This document shows, piece after piece, positions 14,011 through 29,569 of a stretch of DNA of 64,000 nt. Position numbers and translations under genes: made by a program. Positions within the stretch are counted from its first letter, which is position 1, and every line of letters starts with the position of its first letter. This stretch comes from the human T2T-CHM13v2.0 reference genome, Homo sapiens: assembly GCF_009914755.1 (NCBI RefSeq), contig NC_060925.1. The stretch is one strand, 5' to 3'. Below the pieces are notes generated by a model that made no database searches, was not told the DNA's origin, and worked only from the letters and a program-made list of their open reading frames with translations.

Positions 14011-15875
14011 TCACCTGTGATTATTACCTTTGGATTTTCCTTTTTCATCTGTAAAATGGGTTACTGCTGCTGGAATTCCTGGGTCTTATTCTTAAAATGG
14101 CTAATGAAATTCTACATCAAGGAATTTGAAAAGATTAAGGACTATGTCCCCTTTTGTTCTTATTGTTCCCTTAGTGTTCTTATGATCTGTATACAAAAAA
14201 GTCTGTTCCAAAGCTAATTGCTACTCTCTACTGAGAGAAGACCAACCTCACAGCAAGTTGCAGTGTTGATGTGTTAAAGAAAAAAATACATTTATTATCT
14301 AATTGAATATATTATATAAGATGAATTAGGATGTTGGAATGTGCTTAGTTTTAAGCATGCACCTTTTCCCTATTTAACAAATATTTTGAAATCTCCCACT
14401 GTGTTATATGCCCTATGCCAGGTATTAGAGATATAATGATAAATGAAATCAACATTGTTGCTCTCAAGAGCTGCTTTTAATACTCTGCATTAAATAAGGT
14501 CTCAGTAAAAATATACATGATTTTTCACCCCAGGGAATATTCATGAATAGATCACTTAAGTTTTTGTTCTCAATCCTGGGCCATTGTTCATATTAACTTA
14601 ATGGAAGTAATTTGATATGTTTTGGGGAATAATCACAATTATTTTATAGACAATTCTAGAGCCAATCCTAAGTCTGGTCCACCTGTCTGGCAAGTAAAGT
14701 GAAAACTCTATTGTAGTAGTGTAGAGCTTCCCTAAGTCCCTCACCTGGGGAAAAAGCCTTTTCCAAGGCTGTTTACACCTCTCATAGTTTTGATGGCACA
14801 AAAACATCAAGTAAGGAAGACTTTTAACCATAGGTACATTCTTTAAAAAAATTAATATACAATAATCCACATACAACCAATGCCTCACACACCATGTTAA
14901 TTGGAACTGACATCCTTTTTTGTAGTCAGGGTTTTCACATCTCTACAAAATAAATAACTATTTACTCAATAAATAGAAAGCTTATAAGGGGGCCCAGTTT
15001 AGGTATGAGGAGACCGCAAACTTAAGCTAAGTGATAATGAAACATAAACCATTTGGTAGACTATGGAACTAGGTTCAGGAGAAACACATGCTGTGTTCCG
15101 GCTTCAGTTCTGTTGCAGGCAAGTGGCTGATACCTGACTGAGGATGCATCTTGGCCCCAGAGTGGAGGTCACGACCAGACCAAAGTGCTCTCCATCTTCA
15201 TTATTCCATTCAGAGCGTCTGGACAATGCCAAGAAAGCTCCTGGCCTCTTTGCTGTCTCCAGCTATGCTAACTTCCTAAGGTTCTACTCAGAAGCATACA
15301 TTTTCTCCTCCTCTCCCCTGCTCTCAATTTTCCTCTGTAACTCTCCCTTTAACCATTTCCCAAAAAAATCAATGAAGCAGTCATGTTGTCTTATGTTATA
15401 TGTGTTAATTACAATCCCTAAAGAAGGAAACAAAAAGTATTGACACATAACTCATTTTGGGGCAGAAAAAAAGCAATGTTGTTTTCTTTTTTTCCGGGTA
15501 TAGTGAACAGGGTAGCATCTAATCTACTGTCAATTAACTATAAACATGCTCATTCCAGCACTTTAAAACAGAATCCCTCCAGAAAACAGAAATACATTTT
15601 TAATGGAGCCACCTGTGCCTCAAGGCCCCTGAGAACTTTAACAAGGATCAGCCCATGAAAATAGTTGCCATAAGCATGTATAATAAATTAAACATGAATT
15701 TTAAATTATTCATTACCTTCCTGAGGGATTGTGATGCTGTAGGGATAATGAAAATGCAATGTTAATAAGCAATCAGTTGTAATTTTAAAAAGGAGGTGAA
15801 AAAGAAGGGTCCATCTACATTTCACTTTTGCTGAAGAATGAGTTAAAAGGACAGCTTTAAATTAGCACTAATTAA

Positions 15876-16209
<334 letters not shown>

Positions 16210-16504
16210 TACTTTATTTTATATTTCACTGAAATGTTATTCGTCTATATTGTCACAAATTTAATCATAAAACAGAGCTAGGAGAGAAAAATAATGATAG
16301 ATACTATTTATGAGTTACTTTGATTGCACTTTTCATAAATTATCCTCACTTCAAATAGGAGGCAACCAAGTGTAGACAGGTGAACTTGCCCTTGGTCATA
16401 GGGCTAGGATTTGAACAATAGTCTGTGAGGCTAAAGCTTATGTTTTTCTCACTACATTGCTCTAGTCAAACCATATTGCCTCCTGAGGGTAGAATGATGA
16501 AGAG

Positions 16505-16745
16505 AAGTAGCTAAGCACTCTGTAGTCAAAGTTGCTGGTTTAAATACTGGCTCTTATTCTTACTAGCTGTGTGACCTTGGATAACTAATCTAACTTCTCT
16601 CTGCTTCAATTTCTTCCTATATAAAATAGAGATAATGTGAGAATTAAATGGGACAAAGTATACACAGCAATTAAACCAATGCTTGCTATACAGCAAGTGT
16701 TCAATAGGTGGTACAATTTTTGTTACTACTATTATTGTTATTACT
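16505..16745 (+). mobile_element. MIR
   Basis: CTTACTAGCTGTGTGACCTTGG..TTTCTTCCTATATAAAATAGAGATAAT..GAATTAAATG. Confidence 0.75.
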
Positions 16746-17788
16746 ACTGAAAGTAAACAAAAATAAAAAAGAGTGGCTTGGCTGCTTTAAATGAGAAACA
16801 GCCCTAAAGTAATGCCGGATGCTCTTGCTGGGTCTGGGAGAACAGCAGATTACTCACTCTGTTGAGTTGTCAAGCCTGGGTGATCCCTGCCTGCCGCACT
16901 CACAGTCTGCTGTTTACAGTCCCGAATGCATCCAGTGGAATGGTCCTCCCCATCTGCAGCATCTGGTGCAATGTAGGAGACCCTTCAGCTTCCTCTGGAC
17001 TGTTTTTCTTTTCTGTTTGTGTCCATCTTCCTTGATCAAACTCCAGAAGGCATATCCCCAATAGTTTTCTCCATTGTGGAGGACCTCTTCCATATTTTAT
17101 GTGCTAGGATTGTGATATTCTGTTATGGCAGCCCTAGCAGATGAATAATACAGGTAGAATGGTCCTCAGGTGGTCTGAAGCAGGAGATACGGCACTTATG
17201 GTGCTCTCTGATGAAGCCTGAGTCAATGGAGGAGCCCGCAGCTGCCGGGTCACTTGGTTTCAGGTTTGTGAGAGTCAGCTGAGGGACAAGAGCTCCGGGA
17301 ACTTTGAAGGCACCCTCTCGAGAAAGCGTTTTCTGTCTTAAATATTTTCCTGCACAGGTCTGAAATTGTATCAGTAGAAATTCATATGGGGGTCTTGATG
17401 CCTTCTTTAGTTTTCAGCAATCTCATGATAGAATGAGAATGTACCTGGTCACCAGGACGCTGTTGATAGGCTGAGAATGTGGGGTGTGGTTTCTGGAAAA
17501 GGACTGCAGGGAAGCCGGCAGTGAAGGACAGATGGGCCAGATCTTTAGGTTCTCTCCCTTCCAGCTTTGCCCAGGACCAGCCTGGATGAGCTTCTCATGG
17601 GGCTTACAGAAAGAAGGGTGTTTTGGTTCTTCCTTGAAGGTATTAATACTTACTTCTCTGAATGTGAGGCTCTGGGCTGGGGGCACAAGGCTACAGTGAT
17701 TGCTTCATTGTTTGGTGGTGGAGTCTTTGAGATCCTTCTTTTGACCTTTCAGGCTCTACAACATTTTGATCAGAAGTTTTTGCTTTTT

Positions 17789-17909
17789 GTGTAAGGGATG
17801 TGGTGCAATTGGGGAAGGTGCTATTGGGGTTTTTAGTGTAAGGGATGTGGTGCAATTGGGGAAGGTGCTATTGGGGTTTTTAGTGTAAGGGATGTGGTGC
17901 AATTGGGGA
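17789..17909. repeat. 47-bp G-rich minisatellite (~2.6 perfect copies)
   Basis: Unit GTGTAAGGGATGTGGTGCAATTGGGGAAGGTGCTATTGGGGTTTTTA starting at 17789, 17836 and 17883. Confidence 0.97.
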
Positions 17910-19859
17910 GGGAAGTGTGGAGAACAAACAAAGGAAAGCACACTGGCCAGCCATACATAGTTCAGTAAAACAACACACTTCTGTCCCTGCCGCTACTAAA
18001 GTTCTTAAGCTCCCCAACCTTTTTTCTTTTACCTTATCTCTTTTTTGGGCCTCTAGAAGGAAAATATCCGTCTTTTTTTCTTACTACTGACTCCAGTGTG
18101 TTTATAACTTTGGTATTTTTGTTTGTCATTGTTTTGGCTTAAATGTGAATGTAAAGGAGAGTTCAACAGCAGTAAATAAAGTGCTGAGTAGCCTGTAGAA
18201 ATGCTTTTGTATTGAAGTCAGATTAAATTTGTCCTCCAGTAAGATTTCTGTCACTGCCCTCTCTCCTCTGCCTTCCTTCCGCTGGATTCCTTCCCCTAGC
18301 ATGGCAGGCTATCTCCACACTCTCAGGGTGCTAGCAGCTTCTTGTATTTACTCTTGACTTTTCATGAGATTGTTGGAGACTGAAAACAAAAAAAGCCTTT
18401 AAGATCCTAAAACAAATTATAACTAAGGATATAATTTCAGACCACTGGGACACATATGGTGAGGAAGGGAACCCTCCCAATGTTTCCAATAGGTCAGTCT
18501 ATAATCAACAAGAGTTCTGCACAGGAATGAAACAGAGGATGCTGAGATGGAGAAGAATCAGCATGATTGTATACGAATGAGTGGCAACAGAGATAGCTTC
18601 CTCAAAAGGAAGAAATATGCATCACACTCTGTTCTGGGTCAAATAGAATGTTACAAATTATAGGAAAGAAATGATCTAGGTAATTATTTTTATACCATTT
18701 CACTTAAAACCCTTCATTTTCTTTGAATGGTAGTCATTTGTTTTCTTTCTAGGTGGGGTGATGGAATAACCATCTGCCAACGTATGGCCCCAATGTGTAG
18801 GGAGTGGTCACACACCAGGGTGTGAGAAATGCATATTTTTCTCAGTGTGTGGGCTCATGGATGAGAGAGAAATAGCCACTGACAACGTGGGGGAAAAGAA
18901 ATACCTTGACTAAATCATATGGCATTCTTTATGATGTTGCAATTCTTTTAAAATAACCTCAAAACTTTCCTAAAAGAAACTGAATGTATATCTGTGAAGG
19001 CTAATTAAGAATGTGAATAAACACAAAAATGACAATTTTGAAGAAAATCTTTTTGGAATCTGTACCATACTTCTTTTAGTCTCTGGCCCAAATGACAAAG
19101 ATGAACTCTGTTAATACATTATGTGGGTCTATCTATTGGCAGTCAACTTGTTGGAGAGGCTGCCTGACTTGGACATAAATAATAAGAGAATTGCATAAAT
19201 AAGAGAATTTGCACTCTTTACATAGGAGTGCAAAGCCAAGTCTATCTTTAGGGGGATTCTAGCTAAGTAGAGTCCATTCCATATTTTTATTTAGATAATT
19301 TCCTAGGTAGCTCGTCTTGGACACCATCATCAAATAAATCAGTACAGAGTAGATTGTATTTTCTCTAGAGAAACAATGTTAGAATGGAACTTTGAAACAA
19401 GTAAGTCATTGTTATGGCCAATAGTATGTTATAAAAGCAAACAAGTAGCATCCAAATAAGTAAATGTATTTTCTAAATCTTAATAAATTACATATATATA
19501 GATATATAAATATACCATATGTGGACTGTGGAAAGGATATAGATCTAAAGATACATATCAGCTGTATCTTACCAAAAATGTATTTGTTAACTAGAATTAA
19601 GCATTTTATTAAGAACTGAATTTGTTGTCCAGAAATGTAGAAAGTCCCGTTGGATGTCTTGGATCTCTTAAAAAATAACTCCAAGCAATTTTCTGCAGAA
19701 AATGACTTTTCCCCCTGTTTAATATACTCCCTGTAGCAAGCAAAAGCATTTAAATCATTTCACTGACCTCAGCACTACCCTACAGTGTGATACTCAGAAC
19801 ATGCTTGTTGTTAGGAGGATTGGTAGCAGTGTTTTGTCTACCAAAAGGGTTTATTTTAA

Positions 19860-20135
19860 TGACATGTTACAAGATGAGTAAATGTTCATAGTACGCAAAA
19901 TGTGCAAATAAACAGAAGGAAGAAAGGTAATATTTCATAATTTTACATCTTCAGAGATAATTACTGGTTTTTAACATGTATGTTTCCATTTAACCATGTA
20001 GCAACAAGTAGTTTATCTCATCGAGTATTTGTAGCATCATTTAAAATGGATGACTATTATTTCTATATAGCATACTTTATTTAACCAACCTCTGTTTCTG
20101 GACATTTCAGTTGCTTCTATTGTTTTTGCCATTAT
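19860..20135 (-). mobile_element. Ancient L1 (L1ME-type) fragment
   Basis: TTTATTTAACCAACCTC..TGGACATTTCAGTTGCTTCTATTGTTTTTGCCATTAT is an antisense L1 ORF2-end motif. Confidence 0.55.
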
Positions 20136-20144
20136 GCCTGTAGC

Positions 20145-20720
20145 ACCCACACCTGTGGCTTCATGGGGAGTTTGCTTCATTTAGGTACAGGGTTACAGAT
20201 GGCTCTGCTGATAGCAGTTGGACTTGGGCTGCTGAGGTACCCTGGAGTTTAGATGAGAAGGAAAATCCCTCCAGCACTTTGAGAAGTACACCTTGGGGTC
20301 CATTTTGCCTGAAAGGAGGGAAGACTTGAAGGTTGATGACAAGGAGGTTTCGGAAGTCAAGTGGGTGATGCTCTTTGAGTGGGCCCCAGGGCATGTTCCT
20401 CATGAGTGAAGACCAAAGAGCTTCTGCTGCAGAGGAGACTCAGGGGAAAGGTAGACAGGCTGAGCTGTCCTGTGGATGTCACTCAGCCTCCTCTGTGGCC
20501 ACCCCAGTGCTTGCTCAGTGTTCTGTGAACAAGGTAGGAGTCAGGGCTAGAGGCTGTGCATGTCTTCAACAACAAAATTCCCCCTTACAATGGCTGACCT
20601 GGTCATTGGCCCCACTGAATGCCAAATTTGCTGAGCAATGTCCAGTCTCGAACATTTCACATGGTACCACATGCCAAATGAGGGGCAGATGGATTAGCCA
20701 CCTTTTTGGACCCCTTCTGA
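20145..20720 (+). mobile_element. Degenerate ERVL/MaLR-internal pol fragment (RNase H to integrase Zn-finger region)
   Basis: Encodes VTDGSA (~20192-20209), QRASAAEE and ATPVLAQ, and contains GGCTGACCTGG. The order matches ERVL pol (WFTDGSA..HQRASSAEE..ATPVLAQWAHEQ..LTKADL). Frameshifted and deleted. Confidence 0.75.
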
Positions 20721-21225
20721 CCAAGCAGCACCAACAGTGGAATGCTGAACTGCTAGGATCCATACCACCTGTTGGAAACAACAGTAGGACTCAGTGAATG
20801 AGGGGGTCTGGCTCTCTAGAGGGACTTATCTGTTACTCCAGAGAGCCATTCACAAAGCACTAGAGCACTGTGAAGAATCCATGGTGGGTTCCAATATTGT
20901 TTCTAGGTCTTTTGCACTAAGTGAACTGGTGAAAACTCTTGACTGGTAGGACTAAGGGAAGAGTGTTCACCATCATCTCCTGTGACTCTCCAGTCTGTCC
21001 ACCTGAGTAGGAAAACCATGTCTTGCTTTAGACCCTGGGTAACTAATTGTAGAGATGCCTCAGCCTATGCCTATGCTCTTCCTCAAAGAATGAGCTTGAA
21101 GGCTGAGAACAAGTTGGTTCCTATGGAAGGCTTTGCTTTTTTTTCCAATAAGCCCTGCATGATGCTGGCTCACTTGCACAATATTGAACTGTTCATCCAG
21201 GGAGTAGGTACAGATTCTGTGGCTT

Positions 21226-21310
21226 AATTTTTTTTTAAATTTTGGTAAATATATATATAACATAAAATTTATTATTTTAGCGATTTTTAAGCGTAGAGCT
21301 CTGTGGCATG
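21226..21310 (-). mobile_element. L1M (MA/MB) 3' terminal fragment
   Basis: T-tail, then GGTAAATATATATAACATAAAATTTA..TTTTTAAGCGTA..CTGTGGCAT. Confidence 0.7.
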
Positions 21311-22784
21311 AAACTGTGGGCTTCTTGCCTCTAAACTTAAGTCCATGCCTCTTCTCTACTGAAACTCCAATCTCTTCAGTGGAAGGATCATATTTCCTCC
21401 ATGCGAAGATGCCATTAATTGTATAACAAAGCACATTCATAGCAATATTTTATTAAAAAAGACATTCTTGGCAAGTTTCTTTGGATGTCAGTTATAAGCC
21501 ACACTCCTATTTCAGAAGTGAAAATTATGCATCATAGAATGGAGGAAATATGTGGCTTCTTTCTGTTCCATGGCAATGGCAGGAGTTTCAAAAACTGTTT
21601 CTGAGGGGAGAGTCACTTTCTGCATGGTGTACATGATGATCAAGCTGGAATCCTACACTTGGCTGGGCAGTCATAGGAGCACCACGATACTATCCAGGCA
21701 ACCCCATTAGCCATCTTCCGGCTGAGGGGAGTCAAATACTCTACCGTCTAATCTTCATTGCCTTGGTGGCTTCACATGCCTTATTCCCTTTCCATATGGT
21801 GTTGACAGAAACTGCAGAATGTGTAGACAAAGGGTAGCATAGGTGTGAGGCTGCATGAAATGAATGTTGATATTTTGAAACGAGAAAGATGGGTTCTTCC
21901 TATTAGGAGAAATCCACATTAAAGAGAAGAGCACAGGCAAGCTTGGAACTGAAAGGGAGAAGTCAGCTTGAGAGTAGGGTAGGGGAAGAGTGAAGAGCGG
22001 AGGGCCAGCTCTGTCGCCTGGCTTGGTTATGGTGGAAAAGACTGCATTTGGCAGAACACATAATCAATGACGGATTTTTCATTTTTATTTAAACTTTGGC
22101 TTATAGAAGCGATTTCCTTTTTCTTCCTCACTGGTTTCCAGCCCTGAGCCTCTACCCAGCTATCAGCAGGAGGGAGTCCCCGCACAAATGCCTGGTATTG
22201 GTGATAGATCTGTGTTAATTGTATCCATACTGTCCTACCCAGTCTTTCTTGTAATTATGGGCAAGAAATTCTAAGACAGATGGTTAGCTTTCTCCATGTG
22301 CTGTGTGACCATGGAAATGAGCAAAGCTCATGAACTGACAGGAGGCCTGAGAGGGGGCTATTGTCTCATTAGCACTCAGTTCTATCTGATTGGGTTGATG
22401 CTGCAAAGGTAATTTAATGTGTCAGAGCAAACATGTGGCAAGACCAGTACCTATGAGAGAAGCATTGCATTTTTAAAAGCCTGAAGTATGAAAGAGATTT
22501 TTTCAGTGTCTAGAAGTCAGGAAAAACTTTAGTCTCTTAAACTAGATAGCACCTTGGTGACTTTACTCTCAGCTTAAGGTGCATAGACAAATTTAAACAG
22601 GACTCTCCGTGTTTCCTGGAACCTAAAATTCACCAGGAAGTAATTAGCATTTACAGACAAATAATGCTTCAAGAGACCTGTGAGATAAAATACATGTTTG
22701 GATTTATGGAAAATAACAAAATATCACAACACTCTCAGAAAAAAAATTGTATTGAAGACTTAATAACTACAGAAAGAAAAACAA

Positions 22785-22960
22785 CTAGTATTATTGAGCA
22801 TCTACAATCTGCTGAGACCTTTATATACATTTCTCACTTTAACCTCAGTACAACCTTGGAGGTAGGCTTGATCTATATTTTGTAGAGTAAAATAATCAGG
22901 CTCAGAGTATTTAAGTAACTATCAAGGTCTGAAGCCTGGCGAGTTGTGGAACTGATGTCT
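22785..22960 (-). mobile_element. MIR
   Basis: TATTGAGCATCTAC..TTTAACCTCAGTACAACC..GGCTCAGAG..TAAGTAACT. Confidence 0.65.
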
Positions 22961-24593
22961 GACACTTCCCATCACACCAGATACCTACTGCCTTTAGCCA
23001 CACTGAGATAAAATAGAAGCAACTGAAATTCCCTAGGTTCCATCTAGCCTTGCTGCTCTAACCTCCTTCTCTCTTAAACTCCCACACTGGCCCTTTCCTA
23101 TGGAATCATATGTTGACTGAACACATACTGCTTTGTGATGGGTTTCTATTTTTTAACCCATATTTGAAACTTTGTTTTTTAATGTTTTGCATGTGTATTG
23201 CTTTTCTCTTTAGTGGATGATAAGCCCCATGAGGGCACTGACTTTGATTGTTGTAGTTCCCACACCATTTTGTGAATAACTGATGCTCGATTACTACCTA
23301 TTGATTTGATTTTAATTAGTGTGAAGGAGATCGTTTCTAAGCTATAGTTGATCTGATATAAAAGTCATAGTCAAGATTGTTTTGAGGTATTTAAGATACT
23401 TTTCATGGGACTTCTGACAATTGTTACACCCACAGTGTTAGTAATTCAGAGAGATTGGTGAAGAAATAAACGGATTTTTAAATTTTGAGATTAGCTATAT
23501 CATTAAGGATTTCAGTGAGATATTTCATTACTTTAGCGCTTTACTGTTAAAAATCCCCGTAGATATCCATCAACTTCCTTGTTATGTTTTCGTTTTTCCT
23601 TTAATCAGATCACAGTCCACGTCTACCAGGGAAACTTAGTAACTACGGAGACAACCTTATTGCTTATACCTCTGAGCTTTACCTTTCCAAATATTTCAGA
23701 AGGCTAAGACTTAACATTTTTTTATGTAGAAATATCCATCCAGGTCAAAAGGTGGCAGGCAAACAAAAGCTAATTTCATTCAGAAGATTCTGTTTTCTCT
23801 TGGCCTTGGCGCTTGTTTCCCGCTTGAGTCACTTCCCCCGAGAGGGTAACCCTGGACAGCAGACACGAGAGCCCGTGAGAATTGTCTTAATGAACAACAG
23901 AAGACATACACAAACTTTCTTTCAATTTGTGGTAGTCCTTATTTTGCATTGGAAAATATGTGTAATTCACACCACTATAATTCCCATTCTTATGCCAAAT
24001 GCAATCCTGGAGGAGGCTATTGCTGGCACAAAGTCTGGAGTTTGTACTGCATTAAAGCCAGTAGCTTGTTTTTCCATCTGGGCTAGGCACAGAGTTTGCA
24101 AACTTTTTTTCTGAGTTATTCATTCCCTGGTAAATTCCAGTCTTGGGCTGCTGTAGGACATAGACAAAGCTTTATCCCAAAAGTTGCAAATGGAATATGG
24201 CCCTTGTTTAAAAGTGTTTTGCTACTGGAAGTACAACTAGTTCCACTGAGGTTTGTGTTGGCCACCTCAGGCTTGTGGGCTCAGTTCAAAGTTTTAGTTT
24301 AGTTCTGCAAGGTTTATGACTTGGCTACCTGAGGGACTGGCCCTCATGCTGTTCCTTCCTCCCAGCTGGGAAGATCTGCTAGAGCACTTGGCTAAAACTT
24401 TCCAGATATTACTTTGGAATAGTCATGATGATGGCTCAAGTGTTCTTGGAGGATGTTCACATTTGGAACTTCCTTATGTGGTCTGACGTGGCTCCAGCTG
24501 TTTTCTTTTCCTGTTAGCGGAGGTGTTTAATTACTCTGCCTTGTTTGTTGCACTAAACTGATTTAATCAAAGATCTCCCTAAGTTTGGAGACT

Positions 24594-25050
24594 GTATGTT
24601 AGTTTCCTGTTGCTGGTGCAACAAATCCCACAATTAAAACAACACAAATTTATTTTCTTACTGTTCAGAACGCCAAATGAATCATAAAAGGCTAAAATCA
24701 AGGAAGGTGTCAGCAAGGCTGGATCTTTCTGGAAGCTACCTGGCAGAATCTATTCCTTACCTTGGCCACTTCTGGAGGCCACCAGCAGTCCTTGGCTGCT
24801 CGCTGCATGACTCCAATCTCTGCTTTCATGCTCACACTGCTTTCTCCTCTGCTGTAATCAAATTCCCTCTGCCTCTCTCTTAGGTCCCTGTGATTATACT
24901 TAGGGTCCTCCGAGGCAATCCAGTATAATCTTTCCATCTCAGGATCGTTAATCATATCTGCAAAATCACTTTTGCCATATAAGGTAACATTTACAAGCTT
25001 CAGGGATTGGGATGTGGACATCTTGTGGGACCACTCTTCAGCCTAGTACA
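24594..25050 (-). mobile_element. MLT1C/D MaLR solo LTR
   Basis: TTAGTTTCCTGTTGCTG..CATATCTGCAAAATCACTTTTGCCATATAAGGTAACATT..TTCAGCCTAGTACA. Confidence 0.85.
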
Positions 25051-25674
25051 TAGCTTGATGCATCTGAATTTGAATCCTGGCTCTAACAATGTTTTATTCT
25101 TTCTAAGCCTTAGGTTTATCTAAATGGTGTTAATAATGTTTATCTCTCATTAGGTTGATGTAAGATTTTGATGAGTTAAGTATGTTAAGTGCTACCACCA
25201 ACCAAGTACCCCCATAGATGTTCTGTTAACTTTAATTTCCTTTTTGCTCATCTCCTTTGATAATATCTGAAAAATTAAATATTTTAGTTCGAAGGCGGTG
25301 GGTCTTTGAACTTTATAAATGGTGTAGCACAAATACAAAATACTAAAAATATGTCCAAAATGATTATCACATAGACAAAATGCTGGTTAATATCCAGTTA
25401 AGTTTCCAATGAAGTATGAAACTATAACATAATGCAACAGATAATGTATCATTGTGCTTAAAGTCATGGGTATTATAGTATGAATGTTATTAGAAGCTTA
25501 TCACCTTAAATAAGGTACTGAAGATTTTCTGCTTTCAACATCTCTGATTTGTTAAAATACATCAGACCACTATATGTGTGGGGCAAAGAGTATGAAAGAG
25601 GGGGGCATATCATTCTTTAAGACATTTGTATGGTTTTTAGGTAGGTATAGAATAGATTAAAACAATGATAATTT

Positions 25675-26060
25675 TTTTAACAAATATTAATTGAGCCTTT
25701 TTGATATGTCATACAGTGGCCAAGATTTTGCCAATATAAATATGAAAAGCCATGGTTCCTACCCTTATCTAATGGACAGGCAGAAAATAAATGTGTAATT
25801 ACTATAAATTAAGATAAGAATAGTAACGGTCTTGGTGGAAGCACAAGGGAAGGGGTGCTTAAGTCTGCTGGGAGAATTGGGTAAATGGTGTGGAAGGGAA
25901 GTGGTGGTTCTTGAGCCAACTCTTCAGGAAGGAGAAAGCCTTTTCCAGGTGAATGTGGGGTAGGGCAACCCAGGCAAAGGAGACTGTACCTGGAAATGAA
26001 TGAAGTACCAAAATATTGCATTCTCACAGAACCTTGAGTAGCTTAGCATTGCAGGAGCAG
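25675..26060 (-). mobile_element. L2 fragment
   Basis: AACAAATATTAATTGAGC 3' terminus, followed by purine-rich L2 body. Confidence 0.55.
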
Positions 26061-26153
26061 ACAGGCATAGAAGAAATTTATCTTGAGAAACAACATCCCC
26101 AGCATTGAATTCAAGTATGGGTTCAAGTTCATTTCATATAAAGAACCCTGGAT

Positions 26154-27533
<1,380 letters not shown>

Positions 27534-27747
27534 AGGAATCTGGGATAGGATAACCTAACGCCCAGTTTATTTACTCAGCAAATGTTCCGTGGGCAGCTAC
27601 TGTATGTGGGAAGCTCTGGGCATACAAAGCTTGAAGGAGTCAATTCTTGCCCTCAAAGTCCTTAGGGTCTAGTATAAGAGCTTCTGATTAATATCTCCAA
27701 CTAGAAATGTGAAGAGTTTGCAGTTAAATTGATACTTTTAAGTGGAT

Positions 27748-27795
27748 TGTTTTTGTTTGTTTGTTTGTTTTGTTTTGTTTTTGTTTTTGTTTTTT
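27748..27795. repeat. (GTTT)n/(GTTTT)n simple repeat
   Basis: Read directly from the sequence. Confidence 0.9.
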
Positions 27796-27869
27796 ACTGA
27801 ACCTTGGCGAAAGTTGAAACGTGAACATTGGAGTTAAAACAGAACTTAGAACCCATTTATTTTATTACA

Positions 27870-28325
27870 AATGGCAGTAGAAATGGTTGTCTGCCCACTA
27901 AACATTTATACTCCCCTTCTGCAGTGAGGAATAGTTACTGGGCCGTGGCTTTCCAGCCAAGGACTGCATTTCCCAATTCACCTTACGTCAAGACAGGGAC
28001 GTATGACTAGGTCTCACTAATGGAATCTGACATGCATAACTTACTGGCTGAGGTGGTTAAAAAAATGGGTACCTTTTCTAGTTTGCCTTCTCTTGCCTTC
28101 TAGGTGGACTAAATAAAAAATAAAATGCTCCATGTTTTCAAAGGATGGTGGAGCCACAAGACAGAAGGAACTGGGTCCTTGGGTCACCACATTCAGGAAA
28201 GCCGTCAGGCAACTAGAAATACTCTCATTGGATTGATACAGGAGTGAGACATAATATCATATTATTTTAAGCTACTAAAATTTGGGGGGTTTTGTTTGTT
28301 TCAGTACCTTATGTTATCCAAGCTA
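27870..28325 (+). mobile_element. Old LTR (MLT1J/K or LTR16/33-like)
   Basis: ACTGCATTTCCCA..GATGGTGGAGCCACAAGACAGAAGGAACTGGGTCC..TTTAAGCTACTAAAATTTGGGGG. Confidence 0.65.
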
Positions 28326-28782
28326 TCACATGAGGAAGATTCCCTTATGCAACATACCATGCTTCCTGGGTTTGGGTCTTTATTGTCATGAAGGGCTAGT
28401 GCTTTTACTTGACAAATGTCATTGGTAGGTACATCTCCCTTTTATTAAGCTAAAATCTGATGAAGTCCTGTTAGTTTTAGCCACTGATCTCTGGAGCAAG
28501 ACCAGGAAAGAAAATGTGAGTGCGTTTGTGATATGGAGGCTTCTTTTTGTGGTGGAAGAGGCCGATTTCGGAGGCCAAGTCTAGCTTGGAACAGTGTTGC
28601 CTGGAAAGGAATTTGAGAAAACGTCACACTGAATACAGTTGTGGTTAGATGCAGAGATGGACTTGAGAGAGGCTGTCTAGAAGCTCAAAGTGAGTCTATA
28701 AGGGTTGAGTAGATCCTTATGTGATGAATACCAGGAAGACTGAGGTTAACATCTAAACCCAGTAATCATCATGAGGGGTTAG

Positions 28783-29313
<531 letters not shown>

Positions 29314-29569
29314 TAGACATCATAAAATTCTTTGTATTTTCTTCTGGATTCATGTTAGGTTGTATAGAATTAAATATAGCACTTCATATATGGCCAGTCT
29401 AGTATAGAGCTCAGTGAGATGATTATTCTAACATCTGAATATTATGTGCTTTGAAATAAAAGAGACTGGGGCTGACTTCTGCCACTTACAAACTGGGTGA
29501 TTTTGGGTAAAATACTTCTCTGAGCCTCAATTTCTACATTTATAAGAGAAAAAATTATGCTGAATCACA

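Noticed and set aside
19208-19234. Short hairpin TTTGCACTC..GAGTGCAAA
   Set aside because: A 9-bp stem is too short for a pre-miRNA, and there are no snoRNA/tRNA features.
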